From Candidatus Eiseniibacteriota bacterium (GTDB lineage Bacteria > Eisenbacteria > RBG-16-71-46 > CAVPCR01), in assembly GCA_963823555.1 (NCBI GenBank), contig CAWGMA010000003.1:460506-524505 (forward strand): a stretch of 64,000 nucleotides of DNA. Reading direction: 5' to 3'. This document shows positions 59,869 to 64,000 of this stretch, piece by piece. Under the pieces are notes generated by a model. It saw nothing but the letters and a program-made list of their open reading frames with translations, ran no database searches and was not told the origin of the DNA. A program made the translations under genes and the position numbers. Position 1 is the stretch's first letter; every line of letters starts with the position of its first letter.

Positions 59869-61917
59869 ATGGGGTTCCGCGCCAAGACGGTGGCAGCCGT
59901 CGCCATCATGGTTCTCGCAACTGCTTCGCTCACCTTCGCTGCGCCGCGGGTCGTCCTGTTCGAGGATGCGACGAGCACGACCTGCCCGCCCTGCGGACCG
60001 ACCAATCCGATCATCCATCAGATCGCCACCAACTATGGATCGCAGGTAGCCATGGTTGCCTGGCACTGCTGGTGGCCGGCGCCGGGTAACGATCCGTTCT
60101 ATCTGCACAATCCTTCGCCCCAGCAGACCCGGATCAGCTACTACGGGATCAACTCCATCCCGGATTGCGTCATCGACGGGCTCACGCACGTCTATCCATC
60201 GCCCTACTCGGCGATGGCCAACGTGATCAACAATCGGCTCGCCATTCCCAGCCCCCTCGCTTTCCAGAACATGTCGGGCCTCCTCCAGGGCTCCAACATG
60301 AACCTCTCGTTCGACCTGAACGTGGAGACGCCGCAGGCCGGGACCAACTTCCGGCTGTTCGTCATCGCGACCGAGGAGGACATCCCCTACAACTGGCAGG
60401 GCCAGACCCACTGCTACGATGTCTTCCGCCAGACGAACGGCAACACCGGCGAGGTGATCGATCTGAGTGTCGGCGGCGTCCAGCACTTCAACCGCACGCT
60501 GCCATTCAACGCCGCGTACAACCCGCTTGGCATGCACGCGGTCGTCTTCGTGCAGAACTACACCACCAAGGAGATCATCCAGGCCGGCGAGTTCCCGATC
60601 GCCGTTCCCTATCACTTCTCGGTGTCCTATGTCGGGGCGCCGGTGCAGATCGGGGCCAGCAATCAAGTGGTCAGTTACGGCGGGACCGTGCTCAACGACG
60701 GCGGCAACCCCGATACTTACAACGTGAGCGTGAGCGGAGTGCCGGCCGGCTGGGCGTATTCCTACACCACGCCGGCGGGGACCTTCTCGGGTCCGAGCAC
60801 GCTGCCGCTCAACTCGCAGGAGTCCGCAGCCATCAACCTGGATCTCGATTCACAGGGCAACTCGGGCTCGGCCACCGTGGAGATGACCTTCTCTTCACAG
60901 GCCGATCCGTTGCAGGTGCTGACCCTCGAGTTCCGCAAGATCAACGGGCTCACCGTGCTCCTTGTCGACGACGACAACGGCGAGACCCGCGAGTCCCGCT
61001 ACGGGCCGAGCCTCGACGCGGCAGGTGTGGTCTGGGATCGCTGGGACATGGCCGCCTGGGGGACGCTGACCAGCCAGGATCTGCTCAATGCGGCTGACGC
61101 GGTGGTGTGGTTCTGCGGAGCGGGGACCATCGTTCCCTCCTTCACGGCGGACGAGCAGCAGGCGATCACGGACTTCCTGGCGGCGGGGGGCGATCTCTTC
61201 GTCAACGGATCCGACATCGGCTACATGCTCGCGGACGCCGGGAGCCCCTACTACACGGCGCAGTCGGCGGCCTGGTATGCAAGCACGTTCCGCGCGACCT
61301 ACCAGACCAACTTCGTGTTCGGATCGACGATCAGCGGTATCGCCGGAGATCCGATCTCGGACGGCCTCGTGAACCTGACCCTGGACAACACGGTCTACAC
61401 GCCGGGACTCCTCGACGGCGTCCAGGCGGCTGCCGGCGCCAACGAGGTGTGGACGTTCAACAACCAGACCTACAAGGCCGGGACCCGGTACGCCAACGGG
61501 AACTCTCAGGTCGTGTACTTCTCGTTCCCGTTCGAGTGCCTGCCGCAGGCGAGCCAGCGTGATCTCGTGATGCAGCGGATCATCGATTACTTCGAGCTGT
61601 CGACGGCCGGTGTCGAGGATCCGTTGGCTGCGGCTCCGGTGCGGTCGAGCCTCGGGCAGAACGTGCCGAACCCGTTCAACCCGGTGACCGTGATCGACTA
61701 TGCGCTGGCCCAGGCGGGCGACGTCAGCCTGCGCGTATACGATCTCAACGGTCGCATGGTGCGCGAGCTGGTGAACGGCCCACAGTCGGCGACCCGCTAC
61801 CAGGTGGAGTGGGACGGCCGGGATGATGCCGGTCGTTCGCTCGCCAGCGGCGTCTACTTCTACCAGCTCAAGGGTCCGGGCATCCAGGAGACCCGGCGCA
61901 TGGTGCTGGCCAAGTAG
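59869..61917 (+). CDS. Secreted hypothetical protein with N-terminal CPPC-containing domain and T9SS C-terminal sorting domain
   Basis: RBS AAGGAGG, signal peptide. C-terminus NPFNPVTVIDYALAQAGDVSLRVYDLNGRMVRELVNGPQSATRYQVEWDGRDDAGRSLASGVYFYQLKGPGIQETRRMVLAK is a Por_Secre_tail domain. Confidence 0.7.
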   Translation: MGFRAKTVAAVAIMVLATASLTFAAPRVVLFEDATSTTCPPCGPTNPIIHQIATNYGSQVAMVAWHCWWPAPGNDPFYLHNPSPQQTRISYYGINSIPDCVIDGLTHVYPSPYSAMANVINNRLAIPSPLAFQNMSGLLQGSNMNLSFDLNVETPQAGTNFRLFVIATEEDIPYNWQGQTHCYDVFRQTNGNTGEVIDLSVGGVQHFNRTLPFNAAYNPLGMHAVVFVQNYTTKEIIQAGEFPIAVPYHFSVSYVGAPVQIGASNQVVSYGGTVLNDGGNPDTYNVSVSGVPAGWAYSYTTPAGTFSGPSTLPLNSQESAAINLDLDSQGNSGSATVEMTFSSQADPLQVLTLEFRKINGLTVLLVDDDNGETRESRYGPSLDAAGVVWDRWDMAAWGTLTSQDLLNAADAVVWFCGAGTIVPSFTADEQQAITDFLAAGGDLFVNGSDIGYMLADAGSPYYTAQSAAWYASTFRATYQTNFVFGSTISGIAGDPISDGLVNLTLDNTVYTPGLLDGVQAAAGANEVWTFNNQTYKAGTRYANGNSQVVYFSFPFECLPQASQRDLVMQRIIDYFELSTAGVEDPLAAAPVRSSLGQNVPNPFNPVTVIDYALAQAGDVSLRVYDLNGRMVRELVNGPQSATRYQVEWDGRDDAGRSLASGVYFYQLKGPGIQETRRMVLAK

Positions 61918-61961
61918 TCACTCCGGAGTGATCGAGGGCGCTTCGGGCGCCCCGGGAAAAC

Positions 61962-62004
61962 GCGGGGCCGTGCGATCGAGACATCGCACGGCCCCGCCCT
62001 TTGT
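61962..62004 (+). terminator. Rho-independent terminator after the T9SS cargo gene
   Basis: 15-bp perfect stem gcggggccgtgcgat / atcgcacggccccgc, 6-nt loop, followed by CCTTTGTG. Confidence 0.65.
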
Positions 62005-62097
62005 GCCCCGGGCGCCACCCCGTATACTGACCCGATCCGGTCCCGGGATCGTTCATTCCCGGGGCCATCGGTCGCGGGCGACCGGAGGTGGTTCGTC

Positions 62098-63600
62098 ATG
62101 GCTTCAAGCGGCGCCAGGTCCAGAGCGAAGGGCGCGGCCAAGGTCATCTTCGTCTGCGCCGCCTGCGGCGGCGAGCGCCCGAAGTGGTTCGGACGCTGTC
62201 CCGAATGCGGGGCGTGGAACACGGCGAGCGAGGAGGTGCGGGCTCCGGTCGCGCGCGCCCCGCTATCGGGTGAGCCCTCGCCCGCCACGGCGGCGGTGCC
62301 GTTGCCGGCGGCCGGTGGGGAAGCAGGGGCGGATGATCGCCGCGCCTCGCGGCTCGCGACCGGCATCGGCGAGTTCGATCGCGTGCTCGGCGGCGGTCTC
62401 GTGCCCGGTGCCGTGACTCTCGTCGGCGGGGATCCCGGCATCGGCAAGTCGACGCTTCTCCTCCAGGCGATGGCGCACATGGCCCGCGCCGGTCACCGCA
62501 CGCTCTACGTGACCGGGGAGGAATCGGAGCGGCAGATCCGGCTCCGAGCCGAGCGCCTGGAAGCCGTGGAGCCGCTGGTCTTCGTCGTCGCCGAGACCGA
62601 GATCGAGCGCGTGCGCGAGCACATCATGACCGTCGACCCCGCGGTCGTGGTCGCCGATTCCATCCAGACCCTCTACCGCGCCGATCTGCCGAGCGCGCCC
62701 GGCACCGTGAGCCAGGTGCGGGAATGTGCTTTCGAGCTCATCCGCATCGCCAAGGCGAGCGGACGTCCGATCTTCCTCATCGGGCATGTCACCAAGGAAG
62801 GCGATGTCGCCGGCCCGCGCGTGCTCGAGCACATGGTGGATGCCGTCCTCTATCTCGAGGGCGAGCGTTACCACGAGCTACGTGTGCTCCGCGCGCAGAA
62901 GAACCGCTTCGGCGCCACGACCGAGATCGGCCTCTTCGAGATGGCGGAGTCGGGCATGCGCGAGGTGGCGGATCCCTCCGGCGCGTTTCTCGCGGGGCGG
63001 GCCACCGGTGTGGCGGGGACCGCCGTCCTCGCGAGCCTCGAGGGCAACCGCGCGCTCCTCGTCGAGGTGCAGTCGCTCGTGGCGCGCGCGAGCTTCGACG
63101 GCGTCGAGCGCCAGTCAACGGGCATCGATCGGCGGCGGCTTGCGGTGCTCCTCGCCGTGCTCCAGCGCCGGGCGCGCGTGGCGCTCGGCAAGAGCGATGT
63201 CTTCGTCAGCGTTGCGGGCGGACTCCATCTCGAGGAGACCGCGAGCGATCTCGCGATCCTCCTTGCCATCGCCTCGGCGGCGACCGGAAAGCCGGTGCCG
63301 GCCGATCTCGTGGTGATGGGGGAGGTGGGGTTGGGAGGGGAGCTCCGTCGCGTGCGCGGCGGGGCGCGGCGCCTCGCCGAGGCCGCCCGCCTCGGCTTCA
63401 CGCGAGCGATTGTCCCCGAGGCCAACGTCGCCGACGGGCGCGGCGTCGAGATCGAGGTCACCGGCGCGCGGGATCTCTCAAGCGCGCTCGTCGCGGCGCT
63501 GGGTGCGCAGGCGCTCACGGCCGCCCGACGCTCACGCGCAGCGAAGGACGATCAAGAGCGCGGAGCCCGGGCAATGCGTGACGGACGTCCGCCCGGCTAG
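62098..63600 (+). CDS. radA: DNA repair protein RadA (Sms)
   Basis: N-terminal C4 zinc finger CAACG...CPECG, RecA-like Walker A GDPGIGKST, KNRFG motif, C-terminal Lon-protease-like domain. Confidence 0.93.
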   Translation: MASSGARSRAKGAAKVIFVCAACGGERPKWFGRCPECGAWNTASEEVRAPVARAPLSGEPSPATAAVPLPAAGGEAGADDRRASRLATGIGEFDRVLGGGLVPGAVTLVGGDPGIGKSTLLLQAMAHMARAGHRTLYVTGEESERQIRLRAERLEAVEPLVFVVAETEIERVREHIMTVDPAVVVADSIQTLYRADLPSAPGTVSQVRECAFELIRIAKASGRPIFLIGHVTKEGDVAGPRVLEHMVDAVLYLEGERYHELRVLRAQKNRFGATTEIGLFEMAESGMREVADPSGAFLAGRATGVAGTAVLASLEGNRALLVEVQSLVARASFDGVERQSTGIDRRRLAVLLAVLQRRARVALGKSDVFVSVAGGLHLEETASDLAILLAIASAATGKPVPADLVVMGEVGLGGELRRVRGGARRLAEAARLGFTRAIVPEANVADGRGVEIEVTGARDLSSALVAALGAQALTAARRSRAAKDDQERGARAMRDGRPPG

Positions 63601-64000
63601 GCCATCGTCTGCCCGCCGCAGAGGTTCAAGGTCTGCCCGGTCATGCCGCTCGCCGCTTCGGAGCAGAGATAGAGGGCGAGCTCGGCGATCTCCTCGGGCT
63701 CGATCATGCGTCCGAGCGGTACGCCTTGCATCGCTCGCGCCAGGAACTCCTCGAACGTGATCCCGGCGGCCGCGGCCTGGGCGCTCATGCTCTGCTTGGC
63801 CATGGCGGTCGAGACCCATCCCGGAGCGATGGCGTTCACCGTGATCCGTTCCGGAGCGAGCTCGAGGGCGAGCGCTCGCGTGAAGCCGATGACGCCGTGT
63901 TTCGCCGCGCAGTAGGCGGCATACCCCGGCACGCCGAACCGGCCGAGCACCGAGGAAAGGTTGATGATCCGCCCGCCCGGTCCTGTCATATGACGGAGCG
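63597..64000 (-). CDS. SDR-family oxidoreductase (3-oxoacyl-ACP reductase-like), 5' end outside window
   Basis: C-terminal SDR blocks. Catalytic YxxxK (YAAYCAAKHG), NAIAPGWV, and the C-terminus at 63597. Reading frame is open to the window edge. Confidence 0.75.
   Translation of the reverse strand, partial: LRHMTGPGGRIINLSSVLGRFGVPGYAAYCAAKHGVIGFTRALALELAPERITVNAIAPGWVSTAMAKQSMSAQAAAAGITFEEFLARAMQGVPLGRMIEPEEIAELALYLCSEAASGMTGQTLNLCGGQTMA

Noticed and set aside
55608-60014. Long minus-strand ORFs (55608-57254, 57957-60014) opposite coaBC/udg/dnaB
   Set aside because: No conserved motifs and Arg/Pro/Gly-rich. The plus-strand genes are strongly supported.

Overview
The window is 64 kb of high-GC (about 68-70%) bacterial chromosome, mostly housekeeping genes on the plus strand. 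Its phylum cannot be fixed from this window. Five secreted proteins that end in a type IX secretion system (T9SS) Por_Secre_tail C-terminal sorting domain point to a T9SS-bearing lineage, possibly Gemmatimonadota, an FCB-group relative or a candidate phylum.

Gene content in order:
- A complete F1Fo ATP synthase operon, atpZ-I-B-E-F-H-A-G-D-C.
- A split-alpha NAD(P) transhydrogenase operon (pntA1-pntA2-pntB).
- A CoA-binding protein, tyrS, and a polytopic membrane/TPR protein.
- Two tandem paralogous BNR/Asp-box beta-propeller proteins with T9SS C-terminal sorting domains.
- A divergently transcribed thermolysin-like metalloprotease with a T9SS C-terminal domain, followed by a Cys-rich secreted protein.
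- A cysteine desulfurase, a Rossmann/Cys-rich hypothetical, queG, tsaD, a sigma54-promoted REC-GGDEF diguanylate cyclase, a GAF-like hypothetical and a CheY-like regulator.
- priA, an unusual AT-rich and repeat-bearing intergenic island with a low-GC small ORF, then ilvC, rho, rpmE, a DUF1385 protein and prfA.
- An antisense HAMP-PP2C phosphatase, then prmC, murA, a phosphoesterase and a T9SS subtilase.
- selB, ispG, spoVG, an NFACT/RqcH-like protein, yicC, gmk, coaBC, a family-4 UDG, dnaB, another T9SS cargo protein, radA and a truncated SDR.

The main observations worth a second look:
1. Seven single-base insertion frameshifts in atpD, queG (3), tsaD (2) and the REC-GGDEF gene, six of them within 2.7 kb. 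These are either a local sequence-quality problem or a pseudogenisation hotspot.
2. The tandem BNR paralogs share a 718-bp block of perfectly identical DNA embedded in otherwise diverged genes.
3. The intergenic island between priA and ilvC has an AT-rich promoter-like patch, a start-stop mini-ORF with a perfect Shine-Dalgarno (SD) sequence, a strong hairpin, and three perfect 18-bp tandem iterons in front of a low-GC small ORF.
4. A near-consensus sigma54 -24/-12 promoter with an upstream palindrome sits in front of the REC-GGDEF gene.
5. The window holds a cluster of five T9SS cargo proteins.

No rRNA, tRNA, CRISPR array or recognisable transposon was found.
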